Shown: positions 16,106-23,775 of the stretch, piece by piece
How the letters are laid out: each line of letters starts with the position of its first letter
Numbering within the stretch: position 1 is the stretch's first letter
Origin: Zestosphaera tikiterensis
GTDB lineage: Archaea; Thermoproteota; Thermoprotei_A; Sulfolobales; NBVN01
Length of the DNA: 32,000 bases
Direction of reading: 5' to 3'
Assembly (NCBI GenBank): GCA_003056265.1
Contig: NBVN01000004.1
Location: 360,001-392,000, forward strand
The notes under the pieces: model-generated
The model's database searches: none
Told to the model about the DNA's origin: nothing
What the model saw: only the letters and a program-made list of their open reading frames with translations
Translations under genes and position numbers: made by a program

Positions 16106-16831
16106 TTGGTGGGGTTATTGGGTAAGGGAATCTTTACTTTGTTGGTTGGCTGTATGTATGCTGGTAAGACGGAGGAACTTATTAGGAGGATTAAGAGGTT
16201 CTCCATAGCTGGTTATGAGCCCGTGGTTTTCGCCCCTAGCAATTCTAGGAATAGGTATGGTTTAGGGTTAAGTTCCTATTCAGGGTTAAGGCATGAGGAT
16301 GTTTACTGGGTTGATAACGGTGTTAACGGGATTAAAGAGATGGCTGAGGTGTTGAGGGAGAGGATTGCTAGAAACGGTAAGCGGAAGGTCGTAGGTATTG
16401 ATGAGATTCAATTCTTTAGCTTGGAAACATATGACGTCTCAACACCTGAAGGTAGCGTTTTTAAAGTGCCTTATGTATGGGATTTCATCGAGTTAGTTAA
16501 TGATTTAGGGATTAACGTCATCGGTGCCGGCTTAGATAAAAGCTTTAGAGGGTATCCGTTCTCCGTAGGTATGATGTTCCTCATGAGCATGGCTGACGAG
16601 TTAGTTAAGCTTCACGCAGTATGTGACGTGTGTAAGAAGGATAACGCAACACACACCTTAAGAATGCATAACGTACCCGGTGAAGGTTTGAAATACGCTA
16701 GTTGGGACGAGCCTCTAGTCATGGTGGGATCTAAAGACTCGTATATGGCGGTCTGTAAAGACGACTTTAAAGTGGTTGGTGAACCTAAATCAAGCTTTAA
16801 GGAATCACTTAAGAAAGTCCTGAGTTTTTAA
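16106..16831 (+). CDS. tdk: thymidine kinase (TK1-type), with an internal insertion
   Basis: 241-aa ORF with P-loop GCMYAGKTEELIRR, IDEIQFF, GLDKSFRG and KLHAVCDVCKK. It is about 50 aa longer than the usual TK1 size. Confidence 0.7.
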   Translation: MVGLLGKGIFTLLVGCMYAGKTEELIRRIKRFSIAGYEPVVFAPSNSRNRYGLGLSSYSGLRHEDVYWVDNGVNGIKEMAEVLRERIARNGKRKVVGIDEIQFFSLETYDVSTPEGSVFKVPYVWDFIELVNDLGINVIGAGLDKSFRGYPFSVGMMFLMSMADELVKLHAVCDVCKKDNATHTLRMHNVPGEGLKYASWDEPLVMVGSKDSYMAVCKDDFKVVGEPKSSFKESLKKVLSF

Positions 16832-16997
16832 ACTGATTACCCGGTTGAGTAGGGTCGTAGATAATCCGTAGAGGACCTTCAACCTAACGCTTACCGTGCT
16901 TAAATCTCTTTAATTATAATCACTCGTACTTTATCAAGTTCTTATGGTTTTATGATTTTGAAGGTTTATATTAGCTAAAGACTACGTTAATATGCTT

Positions 16998-17019
16998 ATG
17001 TAAACAATTTCATTTACAT
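16998..17019. promoter_or_regulatory. 7-bp inverted repeat ATGTAAA-N8-TTTACAT upstream of the ABC transporter operon
   Basis: Seen directly. It lies about 15 nt upstream of a TTTTAAA TATA-like box (about 17037-17043) and 46 nt upstream of the start at 17065. Confidence 0.3.
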
Positions 17020-17064
17020 TTAAGTGATTTTAAGCTTTTAAATGTTAATCATACCCATTTATGG

Positions 17065-17919
17065 GTGCCTTATTTGAAGCGATGGGTGTTTACGTTAGTT
17101 GCTGTGGTTTTATGCCTTACTTTGCTTGCTGGCGTTGTTGTTTACTACAACGCGTCGTTAGTTAATTCTTCCCTGAATAGAAAGTCGTTGTTTGTTTTAT
17201 CCGCTCCAGTAGCTCAGCCTATATTGAGTAGGGTTTTACCCGTTTTTGAATCTAAATACGGTGTGGAGGTTCACGTATCTTACGGTGCGTCAGGCTCCAT
17301 CTTCGCTACTCTAAAGTTAAGAAATGCTAGTGTTGATTTGATTATATTTGCTTCTGAGGATTGGGGTGGACGCGCTGAGGCTGAGGGGCTGGTATTTAAT
17401 GAGAGTAAGTCTGTTTTTGCTTATCAGCTAGCCGTGGTTTTTGTTAGGGAGGGCTTACAGGGCATCGCATGTGTTGATGATTTAGCTAGGCCGGGTTTGA
17501 AGATAGGTATAGTTAACCCTAAGGTTGCTCCTATAGGGTATGAAGCCCTTCATTACTTCAATCAATCGAAGAGTTCTGAGAAGATTAAATCTAACGTTGT
17601 TTACTTAGCTAAAGACGTGGGTGAGTTAGTCGCAGTTTTTAAAACGGGGGCGTTAGACGCTATAGTAGCGTGGCATGTATATTACGAACAGCTTAGGAAT
17701 ATCTCGTATGTTGTTTACCCATGGTCTTGCGGCTATAGATATAACATTTATGGGTTAGTGGGTTACGTAGCTAAGGCTTCCACACAACCTGAGCTGGCGC
17801 AGGAATTACTTAATTTCATAGTATATAGTGATGTATCTAAAGATGTGATGAAGGACTTAGGTTACTTCACCTCAGTAGATGAGGTGTTATCGTATGTTAG
17901 CGCGTCTTTCAAGGGTTAG
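17065..17919 (+). CDS. molybdate/tungstate ABC transporter substrate-binding protein (ModA/WtpA-like)
   Basis: 284-aa ORF with an N-terminal TM/signal and a ModA-like block (VHVSYGASGSIFATLKLRNASVDLIIFASED). It sits in an operon with a permease and an ATPase. Confidence 0.7.
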   Translation: MPYLKRWVFTLVAVVLCLTLLAGVVVYYNASLVNSSLNRKSLFVLSAPVAQPILSRVLPVFESKYGVEVHVSYGASGSIFATLKLRNASVDLIIFASEDWGGRAEAEGLVFNESKSVFAYQLAVVFVREGLQGIACVDDLARPGLKIGIVNPKVAPIGYEALHYFNQSKSSEKIKSNVVYLAKDVGELVAVFKTGALDAIVAWHVYYEQLRNISYVVYPWSCGYRYNIYGLVGYVAKASTQPELAQELLNFIVYSDVSKDVMKDLGYFTSVDEVLSYVSASFKG

Positions 17920-18718
17920 GATATCCTTCGATGGGGCTAGGCTTGCTGGGGCTTTGCTCTTAGTTTTATCGCTGGGTCTTTTCCTCACGGTTTTAATTTC
18001 AACGTTTAGTTCTGTTGGGCTTAAGGAAGCTGTTTTAACTCTTACGTCGAATGAAGTTTCTTTTGCTTTATCCTTAAGCTTAACTACTTCAGCAACTTCC
18101 ACGTTGATTGCGTTGTGGCTTTCAATACATGTGGCTTACTTCCTATCTAGGTATGACTTCTACGGCAAGACTTTATTGGAGGTCTTGATTTTACTTCCTT
18201 ATGCTTTAACTCCTGTTGCGTTAGGTACTTTACTGCTGGTGTTTTTCAGTAGGACAAGTTTCGGTGTTTTCCTCGATAGTTTATTTAACGTAGTTTTCAA
18301 CGTTAATGCCTTACTCCTAGTTCAGTTTTTAGTTTCTTTTTCCGTAATGACTAATGCGTTGAAATCCTACTTAGACTCCGTAGACGTTGAGTATGAATCC
18401 GTTGCTTACAGCTTAGGTTACGATAGGTTAAGAACCTTATATAAGGTGACGCTACCCATGATTAAAAACGGTGTTATAACTGCTTACGCTTTAGGTTTTC
18501 TTAAAGCTTTTTCAGATTTCGGCGCTTCAGTGATGTTAGCTGGCGCTACGTTATTTAAAACGTCCACATTACCTATAACGATATACCTCTTCATGAGTTC
18601 CGGCGAGGTTGATAAGGCGTTAACGGCTGTAGGGTTGGATGCCTTAGTCTCGATGTTTGCTCTAATAGTGATTAAGAAGTCAGCTGCTGGTGTTAAGTAT
18701 GGGTTTAGAGGTTTTTGA
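17894..18718 (+). CDS. molybdate/tungstate ABC transporter permease
   Basis: Polytopic ORF with an EAA-loop-like ESVAYSLGYDRLRTLYKVTLPMIKNG. The track start is 17879; I prefer ATG 17894. Confidence 0.75.
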   Translation: MLARLSRVRISFDGARLAGALLLVLSLGLFLTVLISTFSSVGLKEAVLTLTSNEVSFALSLSLTTSATSTLIALWLSIHVAYFLSRYDFYGKTLLEVLILLPYALTPVALGTLLLVFFSRTSFGVFLDSLFNVVFNVNALLLVQFLVSFSVMTNALKSYLDSVDVEYESVAYSLGYDRLRTLYKVTLPMIKNGVITAYALGFLKAFSDFGASVMLAGATLFKTSTLPITIYLFMSSGEVDKALTAVGLDALVSMFALIVIKKSAAGVKYGFRGF

Positions 18719-19769
18719 TTTAAGCGTGCGCTTAGGTGGTAGAGAGGTTTTAAAACATGTTAGCTTTACGTTAAGTAGCGGTTCTATACTTGTGTTGTTA
18801 GGCCCTAATGGAGCCGGTAAGACTACATTGCTTAAGTCTGTAGTGGGTCTTGTGAGACCTTATCAAGGCAAGGTAGTCTTAAATAGTGGGGTTGTGTTCA
18901 ACGCTTTAAACGGTAACGTATTTGTTAACGTACCCCCGTGGTTGAGGAGGGTTGGTTACGTGCCTCAGAAAGCTTACGTATTTCCTCACATGAGTGTTTT
19001 CGACAACGTAGCTTTCGGTCTTAAGAGACTTAAACTAAGTAATGTTGAGTTGAGGGAAAGGGTTAAGGCGGTTTCGGAGATAGTTGGGATTGAAGGGATC
19101 CTCCATAGGAAGGCGGCAGAACTTTCAGGTGGTGAAGCGCAACGCGTTGCTTTAGCTAGGGCTCTAGCCATTGAGCCTGAGTTGCTATTGCTGGATGAGC
19201 CGTTCGCAAATATAGACCCTTCATCCAGAGATAGAATAAGGTTTGAGTTGATGTCGTTGTTTAAGAAGTTGAAGGTAACGGCTATTATAACTACGCATTT
19301 ACTTGAGGATTTATGGGTTTCGGACGTGGTAGGCGTAATAATTGATGGGCGTTTAAAGTATTTTGGTTCAGACCCTAAAGCTTTGGAGGGTGTGGATGTT
19401 GAGACAGCTAAGTTTCTTAACATACCCGTTATTTCAGGGAAGGTTGTTGAGGTTTATGAAGGCCGTGTTAAAGTTTACTTAGGGTTGGATAGCTTCATAT
19501 ATGCTTATAGCGATAAACGTTTAAAACCTGGGGATGAGGTTTACGTCGCTGTAGATCCTGAGGAAGTTAAAGTTTCTGAAGGTGGTGATGGCGTTAAAGC
19601 TGAAGTGCTTTACGTCAAGGAGACTTCATACTTAAGGAAGGTGGTTTTGAAGGTAGGTAATGCTGTCGTCACCTTACCGGGCGGTAGGTATGGGATAAAA
19701 CCTGATGTTAAGGTTGTTTCGCTTGTGTTTAATAAAGCTAAGGTTGTAGGGGTAAAAAGCTTGGTGTGA
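18699..19769 (+). CDS. molybdate/tungstate ABC transporter ATP-binding protein with C-terminal TOBE-like domain
   Basis: Walker A GPNGAGKTT, signature LSGGEAQRVALARAL, Walker B LLLDEP, and a C-terminal beta-rich ~110 aa. The track start is 18690; I prefer ATG 18699. Confidence 0.85.
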   Translation: MGLEVFDLSVRLGGREVLKHVSFTLSSGSILVLLGPNGAGKTTLLKSVVGLVRPYQGKVVLNSGVVFNALNGNVFVNVPPWLRRVGYVPQKAYVFPHMSVFDNVAFGLKRLKLSNVELRERVKAVSEIVGIEGILHRKAAELSGGEAQRVALARALAIEPELLLLDEPFANIDPSSRDRIRFELMSLFKKLKVTAIITTHLLEDLWVSDVVGVIIDGRLKYFGSDPKALEGVDVETAKFLNIPVISGKVVEVYEGRVKVYLGLDSFIYAYSDKRLKPGDEVYVAVDPEEVKVSEGGDGVKAEVLYVKETSYLRKVVLKVGNAVVTLPGGRYGIKPDVKVVSLVFNKAKVVGVKSLV

Positions 19770-19800
19770 CGTGTTAGGTCTTAAGTCTTGTTTAGGTGGC

Positions 19801-21390
19801 CTATATTTCTTTAGGCATGTATTTCTCAATGATGTATTCTGGATCATCTCTAAGTATTTTGACGGCTTTAGGTAGGTAGTTCATAATGTCTTCAGGTGTT
19901 ACTCCATCCTCGCCTAATTCCTCAGCGGCTAAATCCCCAGCTAATCCATGCACCAACACACCCATTCTAACGGCGTCGCCTAATCTCCTATATCCTATTC
20001 CATACATAGCTGCTATAGTTCCTGTGAGGACATCTCCGGAACCTGCTTTAGCCATTCCCGGGTTTCCAGTCATGTTTATGTATGTTTGGCCGTCTGGATA
20101 CGCTACTATAGTGTGAGCGCCTTTAAGGACTATATAGGAGTTTAAGTCTTTAGCTGTTTCTTTAACTATGTTTATAGGGTCTTCTAAAACCTTACTTATC
20201 TCTAGCCCTGTAAGTCTGGAGAACTCGCCTAAGTGTGGGGTTATTACTGCGGGGGTTTTCCTTAACTTGACGCAGGTTAAGTCTTTAGATATCGCTGTTA
20301 TTCCGTCGCCGTCTATTATTACGGGTTTCTCGATTGTTTTAACTAGCTCTCTAATCAACTCCTGCGTTTCAGGGTTTAAGGAGGTTCCGGGGCCTACGGC
20401 TACTACGTCTATTTCGTAGTCCTCAACTATCTTAACTATTAAGTCGTAGTTGTTTTTAGATATGCTTCCCTCAGGGGTTTCCTCCAAAGGTATGTAAACT
20501 ACCTCACTTGCTTTTGAAGCTATGTATGGAACTACGCTTTTCGCGGTTGCTAGCCTTGAGTAACCTCCCCCAGCTTTAAGGAACGCGTATGAGACGTAGT
20601 ACGGTGCTCCGTAGTAGTATTTAGAGCCTGAAACAGCTAGGAACTTACCGAAGGTTCCTTTATGACCCCACCTAACCCTCTCCGGAGGTTTAAGCGGGGT
20701 GTTTAACCAAACATTAACTTCATTGAAGAGTTGTGGTGGGTATGAAAGCCTTGATACGTAGAGCTTACCGCAGTAGTGGTAGCCTGGATATAGTATGTTA
20801 CCGTATTTAGGGAGTCCGAAGGTTACTGTGTACGTGGATTTAACGGCGGCGCCGTAGATCCTGCCGTCGTTACCTCCAATACCTGAAGGTATGTCAACGC
20901 TAACTACGGTTTTGCTTGAGTTGTTTATCTCGTTTATGACTTCCTTATAGATGCCCGTAACCTCCCTGCTTAACCCCACTCCAAAAATACCTACTAAAAC
21001 TACGTCTGCTTCGTTTAACGCTTCTTTAAATTCTTTAAGGCTTGACTCGCTTGAGATGGTAGTTAACGGTAGGCCTAACTTAACAACTAACTCGTAGTTT
21101 TTCCTAGCTGGTTCTGGATACTTGCTTGGGTCTCCAACGATGAAAACCTTAACTAAGCCTCCGCCGGCGTAGAGCCTTCGAGCAGCGGCTAAAGCATCCC
21201 CGCCGTTATTACCTACGCCCGCCACAACCACGAACTTCCTACCTGAAACACCAAACTCGCGTACGATGAGGGTGTAGAGAGCGCTTGCCGCTTCCTCCAT
21301 AAGAAGGAGGTTATCAATATCGTAAACCTCACTAGCTATGGAATCAGCTTTACGTATCTCATCAACGCTACAAACCTTCATAACATACAT
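19801..21390 (-). CDS. nnr: bifunctional NAD(P)H-hydrate repair enzyme (epimerase / ADP-dependent dehydratase)
   Basis: YjeF N-terminal domain ([16 protein letters not shown]) followed by a carbohydrate-kinase-like domain ([34 protein letters not shown]). The track start 21441 adds a hydrophobic leader; I prefer ATG 21390 ([16 protein letters not shown]). Confidence 0.85.
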   Translation of the reverse strand: MYVMKVCSVDEIRKADSIASEVYDIDNLLLMEEAASALYTLIVREFGVSGRKFVVVAGVGNNGGDALAAARRLYAGGGLVKVFIVGDPSKYPEPARKNYELVVKLGLPLTTISSESSLKEFKEALNEADVVLVGIFGVGLSREVTGIYKEVINEINNSSKTVVSVDIPSGIGGNDGRIYGAAVKSTYTVTFGLPKYGNILYPGYHYCGKLYVSRLSYPPQLFNEVNVWLNTPLKPPERVRWGHKGTFGKFLAVSGSKYYYGAPYYVSYAFLKAGGGYSRLATAKSVVPYIASKASEVVYIPLEETPEGSISKNNYDLIVKIVEDYEIDVVAVGPGTSLNPETQELIRELVKTIEKPVIIDGDGITAISKDLTCVKLRKTPAVITPHLGEFSRLTGLEISKVLEDPINIVKETAKDLNSYIVLKGAHTIVAYPDGQTYINMTGNPGMAKAGSGDVLTGTIAAMYGIGYRRLGDAVRMGVLVHGLAGDLAAEELGEDGVTPEDIMNYLPKAVKILRDDPEYIIEKYMPKEI

Positions 21391-21492
21391 TGAAACCACA
21401 CCTTTAAAGCATGTAGAAAATAAGTTAATTAGCATTAACATATTAAAAAGAAGATGCGGTTATGTTTTACGTGTTTAAATCTGAAGCATTCG

Positions 21493-21768
21493 TTAAGACT
21501 TACCGGCCTTCTCAAGCTCCTTCAATCTATCCTCGACGCGTTTAATCTCTTCCTTAACTGCTGCTACCTCCCCCTCAACTCCCTTAATGTACCTCTCAAG
21601 CCATTCCTTATAACTTCTCAAGGCTTCAGCTTCTGTAACGGGTTGATACGGGCGGTATCCCCAGTACCACCAGCACCAGCCCCTGCCTCTAAATACCCAA
21701 CCAGGCCTTTCCCATGGCGGTAGATGCCTCCACGGACCTCTTCCTGGGTATGGACCCCACCAACCCAT
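21493..21768 (-). CDS. DUF5320-like small protein (W/R/G/P-rich N-terminus plus C-terminal coiled coil)
   Basis: 91-aa ORF MGWWGPYPGRGPWRHLPPWERPGWVFRGRGWCWWYWGYRPYQP, then EAEALRSYKEWLERYIKGVEGEVAAVKEEIKRVEDRLKELEKAGK. GGAGGTGA lies 4 nt upstream of the ATG. Confidence 0.65.
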   Translation of the reverse strand: MGWWGPYPGRGPWRHLPPWERPGWVFRGRGWCWWYWGYRPYQPVTEAEALRSYKEWLERYIKGVEGEVAAVKEEIKRVEDRLKELEKAGKS

Positions 21769-21780
21769 TTTATCACCTCC

Positions 21781-21800
21781 TTTTGTGATATGTCACAAAA
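21781..21800. promoter_or_regulatory. perfect 8-4-8 palindrome TTTTGTGA-TATG-TCACAAAA between the divergent DUF5320 and DUF134 genes
   Basis: Seen directly. It abuts TATA-like TTTATAA (21802-21808), which sits 33 nt before the DUF134 ATG. It lies immediately upstream of the DUF5320 ribosome-binding site. Confidence 0.55.
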
Positions 21801-21841
21801 GTTTATAAGCTTTTCCCTCACATCATTTAACTAGATGTGTT

Positions 21842-22201
21842 ATGCCTAGATGGTGTTGGAGGAGGAGATGGTTCGGGGTTGGAAGACCTCCTACGTACGT
21901 ATACGTAAGTTTAAAACCCGAGGTTAGTGAATTCCTGCCTAAACCAAATAAAGGCTTGAACCCAACCGTAATTACGTATCCAGAACTTGAAGCTCTTAAA
22001 CTAGTTGATTTAGAGAACTTAAGTTATGAAGAAGCAGCTCTTCACATGGGGGTTTCTAGAGGGACTGTGTGGAGGTTGGTTAGGTCTGGTAGGCGTAAGG
22101 TTGTTGAAGCTTTAATTGCCGGTAGGCCTATATCGATAGAGCCAGGCGGTGAGTTAGAGGAAGTTAAAGATAGTGAAGGCGGTGACGTAAGTAAAGCTTA
22201 A
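21842..22201 (+). CDS. DUF134 (UPF0251) family putative HTH DNA-binding protein
   Basis: 119-aa ORF with a family-like core: ITYPELEALKLVDLENLSYEEAALHMGVSRGTVWRLVRSGRRKVVEALIAGRPI (sigma-70 region-4-like HTH). The N-terminus is MPRWCWRRRW. Confidence 0.75.
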   Translation: MPRWCWRRRWFGVGRPPTYVYVSLKPEVSEFLPKPNKGLNPTVITYPELEALKLVDLENLSYEEAALHMGVSRGTVWRLVRSGRRKVVEALIAGRPISIEPGGELEEVKDSEGGDVSKA

Positions 22202-22222
22202 TTCAATCGATCCCTACCTTAG

Positions 22223-22228
22223 TTTTTT
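22223..22228 (+). terminator. T6 tract after the DUF134 gene
   Basis: TTTTTT lies 22 nt after the stop. Confidence 0.35.
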
Positions 22229-22290
22229 AAGTAACGTTTAACTCAGTAAGTTAACTTAACGCTTAATTGATTAACAACACCATATCTTAA

Positions 22291-22375
22291 GTAGTGTCTT
22301 AAGTTAAGTATTTAAACTTCATGAAAACGCTTAAGGAAGACTTAAGTAAAACGTCCTCAACACCGCCTAACCTTC
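22291..22375 (+). repeat. degenerate ~85-bp direct repeat, copy 1 (upstream of the MBL gene)
   Basis: GTAGTGTCTTAAGTTA ... GACTTAAGT (48 nt later) ... ACG..AACACC..CCTAA. The same motifs occur in the same order and spacing at 23240-23320. Confidence 0.55.
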
Positions 22376-22593
22376 AAACACTAACTTACGTTTCAATTGA
22401 TGAACTAGTACATCACGTAATACATTAAGTTAAGTATTAACAACCTTTAAAAGTTAATTAAAGGTAAAGACGTTACGTACATACCTTAAAAACTCAGTCT
22501 TTAAATAACTAAGGTTAATTAAACACACCTTAAACCCAGTTAAACACGTTAAAGCGTTTAAGAACTTAAAGCCTTACTTTCTTAGGTGGTTAA

Positions 22594-23232
22594 ATGAAGA
22601 TAGTGAAGTTCGTTTTAAGCCCTTTACACACAAACTGCTACGTCATATACTCAAACGTAGAAGCTATGGCAATCGATCCGGGATGGCCTCAAGGAGTTGA
22701 AGCCATAGTGAAGTTTTTAGATGACTTAGGTTTAAAACTTAAGTTTGTCGTAGCTACACACGGGCATTTCGATCATGTCTTAGGGGTTGCTAAACTTAAG
22801 GAATTAACGGATTTTACGTTCTTAACGCATGTGGCAGACCTACCGTTAATTAAGGAAGCTCATGTCCTAGCCCGTAAGCTCTTTAACGTAAGCACTTCAG
22901 AAGTTCCTGAGCCAGATAGCTACGTAGTTGAGGGTAGTGAGTTAAGCTTGGCGGGCGTTAAGCTTAAAGTTTTAGAAACTCCAGGACACACTATGGGTAG
23001 CATCACCTTAGTTGGTGAGGACGTAGCCTTCACCGGAGATACGCTCTTTAAAGGAACTATCGGTAGGGTAGACTTCCCGCATTCTTCATCAAAAGCTATG
23101 GTTGAAAGCTTAAGGAAGTTAGCTAACCTACCTAAAAACACGACACTCTACCCAGGGCATGGAGAGCATACGAGACTTGATGAAGAACTCTTAAGGAATT
23201 ACTACCTCAGGAAAGCCTTAAAGAAGCTTTAA
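22594..23232 (+). CDS. MBL-fold metallo-hydrolase (glyoxalase II-like)
   Basis: 212-aa ORF with the HxHxDH motif (THGHFDHV), TPGHTMGS, and GDTLFKGTIGRVDFP. Confidence 0.85.
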   Translation: MKIVKFVLSPLHTNCYVIYSNVEAMAIDPGWPQGVEAIVKFLDDLGLKLKFVVATHGHFDHVLGVAKLKELTDFTFLTHVADLPLIKEAHVLARKLFNVSTSEVPEPDSYVVEGSELSLAGVKLKVLETPGHTMGSITLVGEDVAFTGDTLFKGTIGRVDFPHSSSKAMVESLRKLANLPKNTTLYPGHGEHTRLDEELLRNYYLRKALKKL

Positions 23233-23239
23233 CTTCATC

Positions 23240-23320
23240 GTAGTGTATTAAGTTATGAATTCAAACCACGTAGTCTTTTACTTAATTGACTTAAGTCTTA
23301 CGAACACCTTCCTAAGCTTT
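23240..23320 (+). repeat. degenerate ~85-bp direct repeat, copy 2 (immediately downstream of the MBL gene)
   Basis: GTAGTGTATTAAGTTA ... GACTTAAGT (48 nt later) ... ACGAACACCTTCCTAAGC. By eye it is about 70% identical to 22291-22375, with small indels. Confidence 0.55.
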
Positions 23321-23775
23321 ATTTATGGAATGATAAACCACAAGCAAAAGTTAACTACACCGCAGTAAAGTTAAGTGCCAGTTAACTACACCGTCAAACA
23401 TTATAGGAGGACTCAATGATACAAAAACCCACTAAAATGGGATTGAGAAACGAAAGAAAACTCAATAAATAGAAAGTAAATCCAAAAGAAATAAAACTAA
23501 ATGAAATCTATGGTTTGAAAACACGCGAGCATATTAAACAATATTTTCCGACAATCTATATTTAGATTTAATTCCAATTTATAGTGTGCGTAAATTCTCC
23601 AAAAGTTCAAATTGGAGAATTTCACATGATATAATAAGAGAGTTTCTTTAATATAGAACGTTCTCACAAACTTCAATGAAGATCTTATATGTTGTTCATG
23701 AGTTGATTAATAAAAAATTTTACTTAGTTATTCATTAATTACTGCGGTGTTCACACGCTCTAAAAATTTTTTACT

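Noticed and set aside
22202-22593. AT-rich 392-bp spacer as a replication origin
   Set aside because: No ORB-type repeats with G-strings are present and no initiator gene is nearby. The short repeats resemble the promoter-like AGTTAAGTATT word also seen upstream of the gene at 670 (634-644).
23416-23472. 18-aa ORF (MIQKPTKMGLRNERKLNK) preceded by GGAGG
   Set aside because: It is too short and compositionally like the surrounding A-rich spacer. There is no supporting signal beyond the SD-like word.
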